Assembly: GCA_016218545.1 (NCBI GenBank)
Contig: JACRDQ010000030.1
Coordinates: 256,172-320,171 of the forward strand
Length of the DNA: 64,000 bases
Origin: Elusimicrobiota bacterium
GTDB taxonomy: Bacteria; Elusimicrobiota; Elusimicrobia; UBA1565; UBA9628
Direction: 5' to 3'
The translations under genes and the position numbers were made by a program. The notes under the pieces are model-generated. The model was not told the origin of the DNA, did not search any database, and saw only the letters and a program-made list of their open reading frames with translations. The stretch's first letter is position 1; every line of letters starts with the position of its first letter. Of the stretch, positions 47,463 through 56,955 are shown one piece after another.

Positions 47463-49192
47463 CGACGGCGCCCGTCGCGGCCCTGCGCTCGAGGACACTC
47501 CGGCTCGGCCTCGTCCTCTCTTGCGCGGCCCTGCTCCCCGCTCCCTGCTCCGCCGGGTGCGACCAGGGCTCCTACGACGCGGCGTACGCCGCCTGCAACG
47601 CCGATCCCCCGGGGCCCCAGTGCGCCCCGGTCTACAACGAGATGCGCTCCGCCTGCGAGAGCGACCTCCAGAAGGCGATCGCGGCCGTGGACAAGTCCAA
47701 GCCCGCGGATAGGGACGCTGCGGTCGAGGCATTGAGCGACCTCCGCATGAAGATCTACTACGACATGGGCGGGTTCAAGAGCTACGGGATCCTGGGAAGC
47801 TCCGGCAAGCACATCACGGTCGGGGGAGAGAGCTTCAACACTTATGCGAACGAGGCGTGGGAACGCGCGGAGAAGACCTTCGACGATCACGGCTACGAGG
47901 TCTCCGATGACGGCGAGATCCTGGCCGGGCCCGGGGACGGCGAAGAGGCCGGCGACCCTGCCGCGGACCAGAAGCCCGGCGCCGCCGGCAAGCCTCGGTC
48001 CGGGGCGCAGGGTGAGGCCCAGCCGCGGAAGGAGCGGGTCGAGGCTCTGCTCGACCAAGGCAAGGCCGCGGAAGCCGAGGACCTGCTCGACGAGCTCCTG
48101 CAAGACGACCCGGAGAACCCGGAGCTCCTCGCCATGAGGTCCGTGGCCAGGCTCAACCAGGAGGACAAGTCGGGCGCTCTCTCGGATGCCAAGGCCTCCC
48201 TGAAGTCCGACCCTGAGAACAAGACCGCCCAGGAGGTGAAGGATTTCATCGAGCTCACGGGCAGAGCGGCCGGGGTGAGCCTCAAGCTCAAGGGGCCCAA
48301 GTGGGAGTCCAAGGACATGGGCTCCAGGTTCGACGGGAGCGGCGGGGACGGGGCGGCCGGAGCCGGCGGCAAGCTCATGGCCGGCGGAGGCTGGCGGAGC
48401 GGCGGCCCGAGCCGGGCCTCGGGCGGAGGCTACGACGCGGTGGACGCCGGCGGGTCAGGCTGGTCCGCCACGGGGAGCGGTCCCGGAGCAGGGGCCTATG
48501 CCCCGGGCGCGCAGGCCACCCTGCCCATGTCCCAGGGCCTGACCGGCTCGCAGGTGCTCGTGCGCGAGGCGCGCAAGAAGCTCAGGCTCGGGGACCTGAG
48601 CGGCGCCTTCCTCGAAGCCGCCCGCGCCCTGCAGGCCGACGCCAGGAACCCCGCGGCCTGGACCACGCGCGCCGCGGTGTCGAACAAGCTCAAGAACTTC
48701 GACGCCGCCATCGGCGACGCGACCGAGGCTTTGAAGCTCGAGCCCAAGAACGTGCCCGCCATGCTCGAGCGGGGCTACGCGCAGTACAACATGGGGAACC
48801 TCACGGCCGCGCTCGAGGACATCGGCTCAGCCATCAAGATCGAGCCCATGAACGCCCTGGCCTACCTCTACCGGGGCATGATCTTCGAGAAGATGACCCG
48901 CTACACCGAGGCCCTCGCGGATTACGAGACCGCGGCCCGCCTGGACCCCACGCTCCGACAGTTCTGGGAGGATGCCAAGACCCGCCTCCTGGGCGGCGGC
49001 AAGGGCAAGGGCAAGACCGGCCCAGGGGCGCGGAGGCCCGGCCGCGGGCTCTTCTGGCTCATCCCCTCGGGCCTCTCCCTGCTCATCCTCGTCATCTTCA
49101 TCCGCAGGAGGCTCAAGGAACGTGCGCAGCCGGCGGCGGAACCCGAGCCTCCGGCCGGGGCCGAGCCCGGCCAGCCCAAAGACGAGTCCTGA
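47459..49192 (+). CDS. Membrane-anchored TPR protein with a signal peptide, Cys-rich N-module, TPRs and a C-terminal TM helix (paralog 1 of 3)
   Basis: The ATG overlaps the cyclase stop (ATGA). C-terminal TM LFWLIPSGLSLLILVIFIRRR. Confidence 0.7.
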   Translation: MTTAPVAALRSRTLRLGLVLSCAALLPAPCSAGCDQGSYDAAYAACNADPPGPQCAPVYNEMRSACESDLQKAIAAVDKSKPADRDAAVEALSDLRMKIYYDMGGFKSYGILGSSGKHITVGGESFNTYANEAWERAEKTFDDHGYEVSDDGEILAGPGDGEEAGDPAADQKPGAAGKPRSGAQGEAQPRKERVEALLDQGKAAEAEDLLDELLQDDPENPELLAMRSVARLNQEDKSGALSDAKASLKSDPENKTAQEVKDFIELTGRAAGVSLKLKGPKWESKDMGSRFDGSGGDGAAGAGGKLMAGGGWRSGGPSRASGGGYDAVDAGGSGWSATGSGPGAGAYAPGAQATLPMSQGLTGSQVLVREARKKLRLGDLSGAFLEAARALQADARNPAAWTTRAAVSNKLKNFDAAIGDATEALKLEPKNVPAMLERGYAQYNMGNLTAALEDIGSAIKIEPMNALAYLYRGMIFEKMTRYTEALADYETAARLDPTLRQFWEDAKTRLLGGGKGKGKTGPGARRPGRGLFWLIPSGLSLLILVIFIRRRLKERAQPAAEPEPPAGAEPGQPKDES

Positions 49193-49213
49193 AGCATTTG
49201 ATATGATGGTCGG

Positions 49214-50872
49214 ATGAGGTCCCAAGCCTCGTTGTTTTCAAGGGGCTCCCTTGCTGGACTCATCTCCGCGTGCGTCGTCGTGCCTTCTTTCGCGGCGACC
49301 TGCACCATGGAGAGCTTCTCCTCGGCCATCGGCTGCGTGTGCAGGCGTGACCTCCCGCCGGGATGGGAAAAGCCCTTCGATTGCACGGCCTGCCTCCAAG
49401 GGGTCGAGCGGCTTCGGGCCGCGTGCGAGCAGGAGTACGAGCAAGGCATGGAGAAGGTCCAGGCTGCCAAGACCCCCGCGGAGGTCGAGGCTCAAAAGGA
49501 GGACCTCTATCGGGTTGCTGAGGTCGCGAGCAGAGGCGACATCGCCTTTGACGGCCGCCAGGAGAGGGGGAGGGTCCTCGAGGACCTTGTGCTGGTGGAG
49601 AGCATCCCCGAGCCCCATCAGGTCACGGCGGACATCAACGATATCCAGCAGGGGTTGGTGGATAAGGCCAAGAACGCCCAAGTGGAAGACAAGAAGATCG
49701 AGCCGGACCCCAGCGCTCTTGAAGCGAGGAATAAGAGCCTGGGCTTGGCCATGGACTTCCTGGGGGGGGCGAACATCGCCTTGGGCGGCAAGGATTCCGA
49801 CGGCGCGGTGGAGAGGACCGAGGCGGAGAGGACCGAAGCCGTGAGGACGGAGCAGGCCAAGAAGGACATGGAGGCGGGAAACTCCGAGGCTGCCGAGAAG
49901 TCCGTTGACCAGGCCCTGGCCTCGAACCCTAAGAACCGCGAGGCCCGCGAGGTCCGGGCCCTGGCGCGGATGAACCAGGGCAAGAACGAGGAGTCTCTCG
50001 CGGACGTCCATGAACTGCTCAGGCAGGATCCCAAGAACCAGGTCGCGCTCGACATGAAGACCTACATCGAGTCCTCAGGCCGCCTGGCAGGCAAGACCCT
50101 GAGTCTCAAGAGGCCTGATTTCGGAGGCCATGCCTCGAGAGAGGGTCTGGAAGCGGGTCTTGCCGCTGCCCTGCCTGGCGCCGAGGGCCGTTCTGGCCCT
50201 GGCACGGCCGAGGACGCGGTCCAAGCCGGGGGCCGGTCCTACCGCGGCACCCTGCCCTTGTCGCAGGGGCAGACCCAGGCCCAGGTTCTGGCCAGGGGAG
50301 CCGCCAAGAAGCTCAAGATGGGAGACTTGAGCGCGGCCTTGCTCGAGGCCACGCGCTCCATCAGGGCGGACAAGGGGCATGCCCCGGCCTGGGCCCTGCG
50401 CGCGGCTGTCGCCAACAAGCTCGCCAGGTACGACGCCGCCCTGGCTGACGCGACCGAGGCCCTCAAGCTCGAGCCGGACAACGTGACCGCGCTCCTGGAG
50501 CGGGGCTTAGCCCAGTACGGCATCGCCAACTACGCGGCCGCGCTCGAGGATGTCAGCCGCGCCCTGGCGCTCGAGCCCATGAACGCCCTGGGCTACCTGT
50601 ACCGCGGCATGATCTTCGAGAAGCTCTCCCGGTACAGCGAGGCCCTGTCCGACTACGAGACGGCCGCGCGCCTGGACCCGACTCTGCGCCAGCTCTGGGT
50701 GGACGCCAAGGCGCGCCTCTCGACCGGCAAGGAGACCTCGGTCCGGCGGGGGATCTCCTCGGAGACCGTGGCCTGGCTGGCCTGCGCGGCAGCTCTGGCA
50801 TCGGCAGCAGGCCTTGCCGCGGCCCTGGTCGTGACGCGCAGGAGAGTCCGGGCAGAGGAGAGCCCCTCATGA
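49214..50872 (+). CDS. Membrane-anchored TPR protein (paralog 2)
   Basis: Same architecture as paralog 1. The conserved C-terminal block reads EPMNALGYLYRGMIFEKLSRYSEALSDYETAARLDPTLRQ, against EPMNALAYLYRGMIFEKMTRYTEALADYETAARLDPTLRQ in paralog 1. Confidence 0.7.
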   Translation: MRSQASLFSRGSLAGLISACVVVPSFAATCTMESFSSAIGCVCRRDLPPGWEKPFDCTACLQGVERLRAACEQEYEQGMEKVQAAKTPAEVEAQKEDLYRVAEVASRGDIAFDGRQERGRVLEDLVLVESIPEPHQVTADINDIQQGLVDKAKNAQVEDKKIEPDPSALEARNKSLGLAMDFLGGANIALGGKDSDGAVERTEAERTEAVRTEQAKKDMEAGNSEAAEKSVDQALASNPKNREAREVRALARMNQGKNEESLADVHELLRQDPKNQVALDMKTYIESSGRLAGKTLSLKRPDFGGHASREGLEAGLAAALPGAEGRSGPGTAEDAVQAGGRSYRGTLPLSQGQTQAQVLARGAAKKLKMGDLSAALLEATRSIRADKGHAPAWALRAAVANKLARYDAALADATEALKLEPDNVTALLERGLAQYGIANYAAALEDVSRALALEPMNALGYLYRGMIFEKLSRYSEALSDYETAARLDPTLRQLWVDAKARLSTGKETSVRRGISSETVAWLACAAALASAAGLAAALVVTRRRVRAEESPS

Positions 50873-53259
50873 ACCGCCGCCTGCTGCTGGCCTGCCTCAT
50901 GCTCGCCTGGGCCGGGACCGCCCGGGCCGAGTGCAGCAGGAAGGCCTACACGGAGATGAAGGACTGCGAGGTCACAGCCGCGGGGAGCCATGTCGTCAAG
51001 AATCCGGACGGCACCCAGACCACGGTGGCGGACTACGACAGCAGCGCGTGCCTGCGACTCGTGGGCGACGTGGCGGACGAGTGCGGCGAGGCCTATGACA
51101 AGGCCCTCGAGGTCCTCAAGACGGCCAAGACCGAGGCTGAGATCAGCGCAAGCGAGGCGAAGCTCAAGGAGATCGCGGACATCGTCAAGGACGTCAAGAC
51201 CATCAAGGGCGTCACTCAGGACCCGAAGAACCCGCTCATGCCCTTGTCCGAGTTGGCCGAGCTGGACACCAGCGTCATCCCGGACGCGGTCAACGCGGCC
51301 AAGGAACGCCTCAAGGCTCCAAGCGTCGGCGGAACCCCTGACCCCAACGCGGTCCCTGGCCCGGCGCTGCCGCCGGTCCAGCAGGTCAGGGACCTCATCG
51401 AGGATGGGGACACCGCGGCCGCCCTGGACAAGCTCGACGGACTCATCGGGCCCGGCACCCAGGACCCGGACCTTTTCTCCATGCGCTCCTGGGGCCTGGC
51501 CAGATCCGGGGACCGCGCGGCCGCGCTCAGGGACGCGGAGGCTGCGCTCCAGCTCGACCCGAAGAACGAGCTCGCGGGCCAAGTCAAGGCTTACCTGGAG
51601 TCAGCGGGGAGCATGGGCAAGTCCAGGGTCGAGCTCAAGGCCCCGGATTTCTCGGGCCTCTCGTCCTCGAAGGGCAAGGACTCCTCGGCATGGCTCCAGG
51701 AGGGAGGGGCCCCTTCCGGAGGAGAGTGGATGTGGGGGAGCGGAGGAGCGGGCGCTCCGCCCAGGCCCGGGGGCGCCGCGGCCCAGGCCGCAGGCGCGGT
51801 CGGGCCGGCCGAGCCGCTGCTCAAGAGTTCCATGGCGAAGTTCCGCGTGGGCGACCTCAACGGAGCCCTCCTCGACGCCACGCGCGCGCTCCAGGCGGAC
51901 AAGTCCGACCTTCGGGCCCGGGCCATCCGGGCCGCCGTGGCCAACCGCCAGAAGAACCACGAGGGCGCGCTCTGGGAGGCGGGGGAGATCCTCAAGACCC
52001 ATCCCAACAACGTCCCGGCCTACCTGGAGAAGTCCCTGGCCGAGTACGGGCTCCTCCAGTACGACGCCGCGCTCGCCGACGTCGCGACCGCGTCCAAGCT
52101 CGACCCTTCCAATGCCCTGGCCAGGGTGTATGAAGGCATGATCCTCGAGAAGACCGGACGGGATGCAGAGGCGTTCGCGGCCTACGAGAGAGCGGCCGGG
52201 CTCGACTCCGGCATGGCCCGCTGCCTTGCGGACGCACGCAGCCGGCTGGAGCCCGGAGAGGCTCCGCAGGGCTTCGACTGGAAGAGACTGGCGCGTTGGG
52301 GCGGGCCCGTCGGCCTGGCCCTGGCTTTCGTCATCACCGGCGCTTGGTGGCGCTCCTCCGGCCCGGGCGCTGCTGCGGCGGGGGCAGGGACCGCGCCCCA
52401 GTCCTTTCCGGCGCGCGCAGCGGAGGGCCTGCGGACCTCAGCGGCCACGGTGGCCCAGGCTCCGGAGGGGGCCCTGCTGGCCGGGACGTACCGCGTGGTG
52501 CGGGAGCTGGGCAGCGGAGGCATGGGCGAGGTCTACGAGGCCGTCGACGAGAAGCTCCAGCGGTCCGTGGCGCTCAAGCGTCTCAAGAGGCAGGCCTATG
52601 CCTCGCCGGAGCTCAGGGACCGCTTTTTGAAGGAGGCGCGGCTCGTGGCCAAGCTGCGCCACCCGCACCTGGCCGAGATCTTCACCGTGGCCGGGGACGA
52701 GGAGCTCTACCTGGTCTTCGAGCTCGTGCAGGGAGAGGCCCTGGACAAGACCCTGTCTCGGCGCGGCCGCCTGGGGCTCGACGAGGCCCAGAGGATCGTG
52801 GGCGAGGTCTGCTCCGCGCTCGAGTACGCGCACGACGAGCATGTCATCCACCGGGACCTCAAGCCCTCCAACATCATGTTCGACGGCGAGGGCCGCGCCA
52901 AGGTCATGGATTTCGGCATCGCGCACGAGGCGCGGGGCTCGGCCGACCTGACGCAGACCGCCGCGTGGGGCACGCCTCCTTACATGGCTCCCGAGCAGGA
53001 GGGGGGCCGCGTGGGCCGCGAGTCGGACCTCTACGCCCTTGCCGTGATGGCCTACGAGATGCTCACCGGCAGCCGTCCCTTCCCCGGCCCCTATTTCCTG
53101 GAGAAGAAGCTCAAGAAGCAATACCCGGCTCCCACCGCGGTCAACGGCACCCTGCCGAGGTCCGTGGACGCGTTCTTCGCCAAGGCCCTTGAACCCGAGC
53201 CGGAGAAGCGCTACCGCACCGCGGCCGAGTTCGCGGCCGCGTTCCGCGGCCTTGCTTGA
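50869..53259 (+). CDS. TPR ectodomain (paralog 3), TM helix, and cytoplasmic Hanks-type Ser/Thr protein kinase
   Basis: Kinase subdomains LGSGGMGEVY, VALK, HRDLKPSN, DFG and APE. The N-terminal half is homologous to the two preceding genes. Confidence 0.85.
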   Translation: MNRRLLLACLMLAWAGTARAECSRKAYTEMKDCEVTAAGSHVVKNPDGTQTTVADYDSSACLRLVGDVADECGEAYDKALEVLKTAKTEAEISASEAKLKEIADIVKDVKTIKGVTQDPKNPLMPLSELAELDTSVIPDAVNAAKERLKAPSVGGTPDPNAVPGPALPPVQQVRDLIEDGDTAAALDKLDGLIGPGTQDPDLFSMRSWGLARSGDRAAALRDAEAALQLDPKNELAGQVKAYLESAGSMGKSRVELKAPDFSGLSSSKGKDSSAWLQEGGAPSGGEWMWGSGGAGAPPRPGGAAAQAAGAVGPAEPLLKSSMAKFRVGDLNGALLDATRALQADKSDLRARAIRAAVANRQKNHEGALWEAGEILKTHPNNVPAYLEKSLAEYGLLQYDAALADVATASKLDPSNALARVYEGMILEKTGRDAEAFAAYERAAGLDSGMARCLADARSRLEPGEAPQGFDWKRLARWGGPVGLALAFVITGAWWRSSGPGAAAAGAGTAPQSFPARAAEGLRTSAATVAQAPEGALLAGTYRVVRELGSGGMGEVYEAVDEKLQRSVALKRLKRQAYASPELRDRFLKEARLVAKLRHPHLAEIFTVAGDEELYLVFELVQGEALDKTLSRRGRLGLDEAQRIVGEVCSALEYAHDEHVIHRDLKPSNIMFDGEGRAKVMDFGIAHEARGSADLTQTAAWGTPPYMAPEQEGGRVGRESDLYALAVMAYEMLTGSRPFPGPYFLEKKLKKQYPAPTAVNGTLPRSVDAFFAKALEPEPEKRYRTAAEFAAAFRGLA

Positions 53260-53278
53260 ACCACGACGGAGGATCGCC

Positions 53279-54802
53279 ATGAAAGAGACAGCCGAGAAGA
53301 ACGGGACCGCCGGGGGCAAGGACGAGTACGCCCCTCCCAAAGGGTCGGTCACCTCGCACGCGTGCGTGCTGGCCGGCCGCGACCTCGAGTATGAGGCGCG
53401 CGCCGAGTGGCTGGTGCTCCGCAAGAAGGACAAGCCGCACGCCGAGATGTTCCACATCGCCTATCTGGAGAAGGGCAAGGAGCCCGGGGCCCGGCCCGTC
53501 ACTTTCGTCTTCAACGGGGGGCCGGGCGCCGCGTCCGCCTATCTGCACATGGGAGCCCTGGGCCCCTCCCGGGTCGTGTTCGAGCCCGCGGGCTCGGCGC
53601 CCAAGCCTCCGATGCGGCTCGTGCACAACGACGAGTCCTGGCTCGCCTTCACGGACCTGGTCTTCATCGACCCCATCGGCACGGGCTTCAGCAGGATGAT
53701 CGACGAGGAGGACCTCCCGAAGAAGGGGGGCGCCGAGAAGGACGGCAAGGCAGCGGAGGAGAAGCGCGACGAGAAGGAGTTCTACAAGCTCAACCGGGAC
53801 CTCGAGTCCCTGGGCGAGTTCGTCTCCAAGTTCCTCTCCAAGCACAAGAGATGGGAGTCCCCGGTCTTCGTGGCCGGGGAGAGCTACGGGGGCTTCCGCG
53901 CCGCCTGCATGGCCAAGCGCCTGCAGGAGGGCTTCGGCGTGGGCTTGAACGGGGTGGTCATCATCTCCCCTGCCATGGAGTTCACCCCGCTCAACCCCAG
54001 CGACTACGACCTCCAGGCCTGGATGGACGTCTTCCCCACCATGGCCGCGGCCGCGTCCCTGCACGGCAGGTCCAAGCGGTTCGGGCCGGACCTGGGCGCG
54101 GAGGAGGTCGCGAGGGCCGCGGAGGAGTTCGCCTCCTCGAGGATGTACCGCCTGCTCGCCCATGGAGACGCGCTGGCCGAGGACGAGAGCAAGGCGATCG
54201 TCCGCGAGATGTCCGAGATCATCGGCATCCCCGAGGACTACCTGAGGGACGCCTCCGGCAGGATCGCCCACTGGACGTTCTGCCGCAAGCTCTTGAAGGA
54301 CCGCAACCGGGTCTGCGGGCTCTACGACGCCTCCATCACCGCGGTCAACCCCTTCCCGGACCGCGAATGGGAGTTCGGCCCCGATCCGACCCTCTCCGGC
54401 ATCGAGAGGGTCTTCGCCGCCGGGATCAACACGCACCTGAGGAAGAACCTGGCGCTCGACTCGGAGCGCGACTACCATCTGCTCAGCGAGGAGGTCAGCA
54501 AGTCCTGGCAGGACGACCGCCAGCAGCACTTCTTCATGAGGCAGATCGGCGCGACCGACGAGCTCCGCTACGGCATGGCCCTCAACCCCCACATGAGGGT
54601 CTTCATCACGCACGGCTTCTACGACCTCGTGACCCCGTGCTGCTCCTCGAGCAGGCTGGTCCGCCAGATGCGGCTCGACGAGTCCCTGAGGGAGAACCTG
54701 ACCTTGAGGCACTTCAGGGGCGGCCACATGTTCTACACCTGGGAGGAGTCTCGCAAGGCCTTCAGGGCCGCCATGGCCGCCTTCTACGCTTCCGCGGTCT
54801 AG
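53279..54802 (+). CDS. Peptidase S10 (serine carboxypeptidase)-like protein
   Basis: FVFNGGPGAASAYLHMGALGP resembles the S10 NGGPGCSS block, and VAGESYGGF the GESYxG nucleophile motif. GGAGG SD. Confidence 0.65.
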   Translation: MKETAEKNGTAGGKDEYAPPKGSVTSHACVLAGRDLEYEARAEWLVLRKKDKPHAEMFHIAYLEKGKEPGARPVTFVFNGGPGAASAYLHMGALGPSRVVFEPAGSAPKPPMRLVHNDESWLAFTDLVFIDPIGTGFSRMIDEEDLPKKGGAEKDGKAAEEKRDEKEFYKLNRDLESLGEFVSKFLSKHKRWESPVFVAGESYGGFRAACMAKRLQEGFGVGLNGVVIISPAMEFTPLNPSDYDLQAWMDVFPTMAAAASLHGRSKRFGPDLGAEEVARAAEEFASSRMYRLLAHGDALAEDESKAIVREMSEIIGIPEDYLRDASGRIAHWTFCRKLLKDRNRVCGLYDASITAVNPFPDREWEFGPDPTLSGIERVFAAGINTHLRKNLALDSERDYHLLSEEVSKSWQDDRQQHFFMRQIGATDELRYGMALNPHMRVFITHGFYDLVTPCCSSSRLVRQMRLDESLRENLTLRHFRGGHMFYTWEESRKAFRAAMAAFYASAV

Positions 54803-54826
54803 CCTGTGGTAGAATAGAGTTCGGAC

Positions 54827-56104
54827 ATGCGCGCGCTCCTGCTCTGCCTTGCCGGCTTCCTGGCCGGACCTGCCCTGGCCGCCGAGTGGCCGCCCGAGGT
54901 CCCGGAGTGGGCCAGGCTGCGCGTGACGGCGCCCAAGGCCGCGGGCTCCGAGTGTCCGCCCGGCTCGCCGCGCCGCAGGCCGGTCCGGACCCTGTCCGAG
55001 GAGCCCTCCTTCGAGGTCAAGGAGCTCAAGCCCTGGGCCGAGGTGCCCCTGCCCCAAGACGACCTGGCCGCGTCCTCGGCGGTGGAGGCGGCGGAGAAGA
55101 CCCGCGCCTACTGGGCCGCCAGGCCCGGAGACGAGAAGGTCGCAGTGGGAGGCCTGACCTACACCGCGGCGCACATGGTCCGGAGCTTCTCTGCCCTGGC
55201 CGCGCTGCTCTCCCAGGGCCTGCCGGCCAAGGAGCTCAAGGCGCGGCTCGAGCGGGACTTCGACGTGTACCAGGCGGTCAAACCCGACGGCGGCCTCTCA
55301 GGCACCATGACCGCGTACTACGACCCGGAGATCCCCGTCTCAGGCGTGGGCCAGGCCGGCGTGCCCATCCACGCCAGGCCCGCGGACCTCGTCCGGGTGG
55401 ACCCTGCCTCGGGCCTGTCCTTCGACTGGGGCAGGCCCGACGGTCACGGCGGGCTCGCGCCTCACGCCTCGCGCAGGGAGGTCGACGCGGGCGCGCTCGC
55501 GGGCCAGGGGCTGGAGCTCTACTCCACGAGGCACCCGACCGACCTCCTCAACCTCCAGACCGAGGGCTCGGGCTGGGGCGTGCTCCCGGGCGGCCGCAGG
55601 GTCCGCCTGGCCTTCAACGGCGCCAACGGCCACGTGTTCAAGTCCGTGGGCAAGACCCTCATCGACTGCGGCCTCCTCCCGGCCGGCACCGGCTCCTTCG
55701 CCATCCTCGACTATCTCAAGTCCCAGACCCTCGAGCGGGAGCTGGAGCTCGTGGGCTTCAACCCGCGCTACGTCTACTTCAAGGAGGTCGCCTCGACCGG
55801 CGGGCCATGGGGCGCCACCGGAGTCGAGCTCGTGGCCGGCCGCTCCGTGGCCTCGGACCCCAAGCAGGTGCGCCTCGGCCTGGCCGGCATCCTCGTGTCC
55901 CGCAAGCCGGTCGCGGCCGAGGACGGGACCTTCCAGGGCTTCTCGGACTTCACGCGCTTCGTCTTCACCCACGACGTGGGCTCCGCCATCCGGGGCCCGG
56001 TCCGGCTCGACGTGTTCTGGGGCCGCGGGGCCAAGGCCGAGTCCGAGGCGCACCGCATGCTGTTCCCGGGCAAGCTCACCATCATCGTCCTCAAGCAGCG
56101 CTAG
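54827..56104 (+). CDS. mltA: Membrane-bound lytic murein transglycosylase A
   Basis: Signal peptide. TAYYDPEIPVSG resembles the MltA domain. The C-terminal 3D domain has FVFTHDVGSAIRGPVRLDVFWG. Confidence 0.7.
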   Translation: MRALLLCLAGFLAGPALAAEWPPEVPEWARLRVTAPKAAGSECPPGSPRRRPVRTLSEEPSFEVKELKPWAEVPLPQDDLAASSAVEAAEKTRAYWAARPGDEKVAVGGLTYTAAHMVRSFSALAALLSQGLPAKELKARLERDFDVYQAVKPDGGLSGTMTAYYDPEIPVSGVGQAGVPIHARPADLVRVDPASGLSFDWGRPDGHGGLAPHASRREVDAGALAGQGLELYSTRHPTDLLNLQTEGSGWGVLPGGRRVRLAFNGANGHVFKSVGKTLIDCGLLPAGTGSFAILDYLKSQTLERELELVGFNPRYVYFKEVASTGGPWGATGVELVAGRSVASDPKQVRLGLAGILVSRKPVAAEDGTFQGFSDFTRFVFTHDVGSAIRGPVRLDVFWGRGAKAESEAHRMLFPGKLTIIVLKQR

Positions 56105-56284
56105 CCTGGAATCCCCAGTTGGACGCGGGATTCGACGAAGGCTGCCGGGACATTTCTATGCAAAATCTCGCGACCGTAGCTACGGCTACGCTCGCGAGAT
56201 TTTGCGTCGACCTGTCCTCGGCATCCTTCGTCTCGGTCCACGCGCCAACTGGGGATTCCAGGCTAGCCGAGGAGCGGCTCTTCA
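56100..56284. repeat. Roughly 185-bp long inverted repeat with 23-bp perfect outer arms (gctagcctggaatccccagttgg), imperfect inner arms and a palindromic centre (cgtagctacg)
   Basis: Read directly from the sequence. It lies between the convergent mltA gene, whose stop falls inside the left arm, and the minus-strand gene ending at 56308. Confidence 0.7.
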
Positions 56285-56307
56285 CAAGAAGAGTCTGTGG
56301 ATAACTC

Positions 56308-56955
56308 CTAGGGCTGCTGCGGAGCGGGCACGGGCGCGGAGACCTTGCGCAGGATCTCGTCGGCCTCGCGGTGGCTGTCGCGGATGTCGCGCTCGACGTC
56401 CGCGGAGTACCGGGAGATGTCCCAGGCCTCCATGGAGAAGCCCGCGCGGCGGATGTCCCACTCGGCCCAGCGGGCCTCGCTGGCCAGCCAGCCGATCTCG
56501 CTCTCGGTCCAGGTGAAGGAGTCCGTGAAGCGGCGGGCCGATTGGATCTGCCCCGGATCGGGGCGGGCCTGCATGGCGAGGCGTTCTGCGTCCATGCGCA
56601 CGCGCTGGACCGCCCACTGCAGGTCCCGGAGGGCCCACACCGCGCGGTTGAGGTCGTTGCGGAAGAAGGGGTCGTTGTTCGGCTGGCCCGGCTGGATGCG
56701 CTGGGCGCGGCGGCGCAGGTCCTGCAGGTCGGACTTCAGGCGCTGGGCCGTCCACTGGAAGCCGCGCACGTCGGAGGCGAGGCGGTCGAGGTCATAGGCG
56801 GCCTGGAGGTTCTTCGCCTCGATGCGTTCGGCCTTGGCGGCGAGGATGTTCGCGCGCAGTCCGGTCAAGGCGGCCTCGAAGCCCGGCAGGGCCGGGACCA
56901 CGGCGGCATGGGCCGAGCAGGTCAGGGATACGAGCAGGGTAGCGACGAGCATCAT
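56308..56955 (-). CDS. Hypothetical secreted protein
   Basis: MMLVATLLVSLTCSAHAA is a signal peptide. Its ATG overlaps the stop of the upstream kinase (ATGA). Confidence 0.5.
   Translation of the reverse strand: MMLVATLLVSLTCSAHAAVVPALPGFEAALTGLRANILAAKAERIEAKNLQAAYDLDRLASDVRGFQWTAQRLKSDLQDLRRRAQRIQPGQPNNDPFFRNDLNRAVWALRDLQWAVQRVRMDAERLAMQARPDPGQIQSARRFTDSFTWTESEIGWLASEARWAEWDIRRAGFSMEAWDISRYSADVERDIRDSHREADEILRKVSAPVPAPQQP

Noticed and set aside
56091-56285. 64-aa ORF entirely inside the long inverted repeat
   Set aside because: It coincides with a palindromic element. A mirror ORF exists on the opposite strand, an artefact of hairpin symmetry.
53141-56304. Long alternative-frame ORFs (677 aa on the minus strand, 965 aa on the plus strand) over the S10 peptidase and mltA region
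   Set aside because: Both are out of frame or antisense to genes with clear catalytic motifs (GESYGG, the 3D domain). Their composition is typical of GC-rich shadow ORFs.
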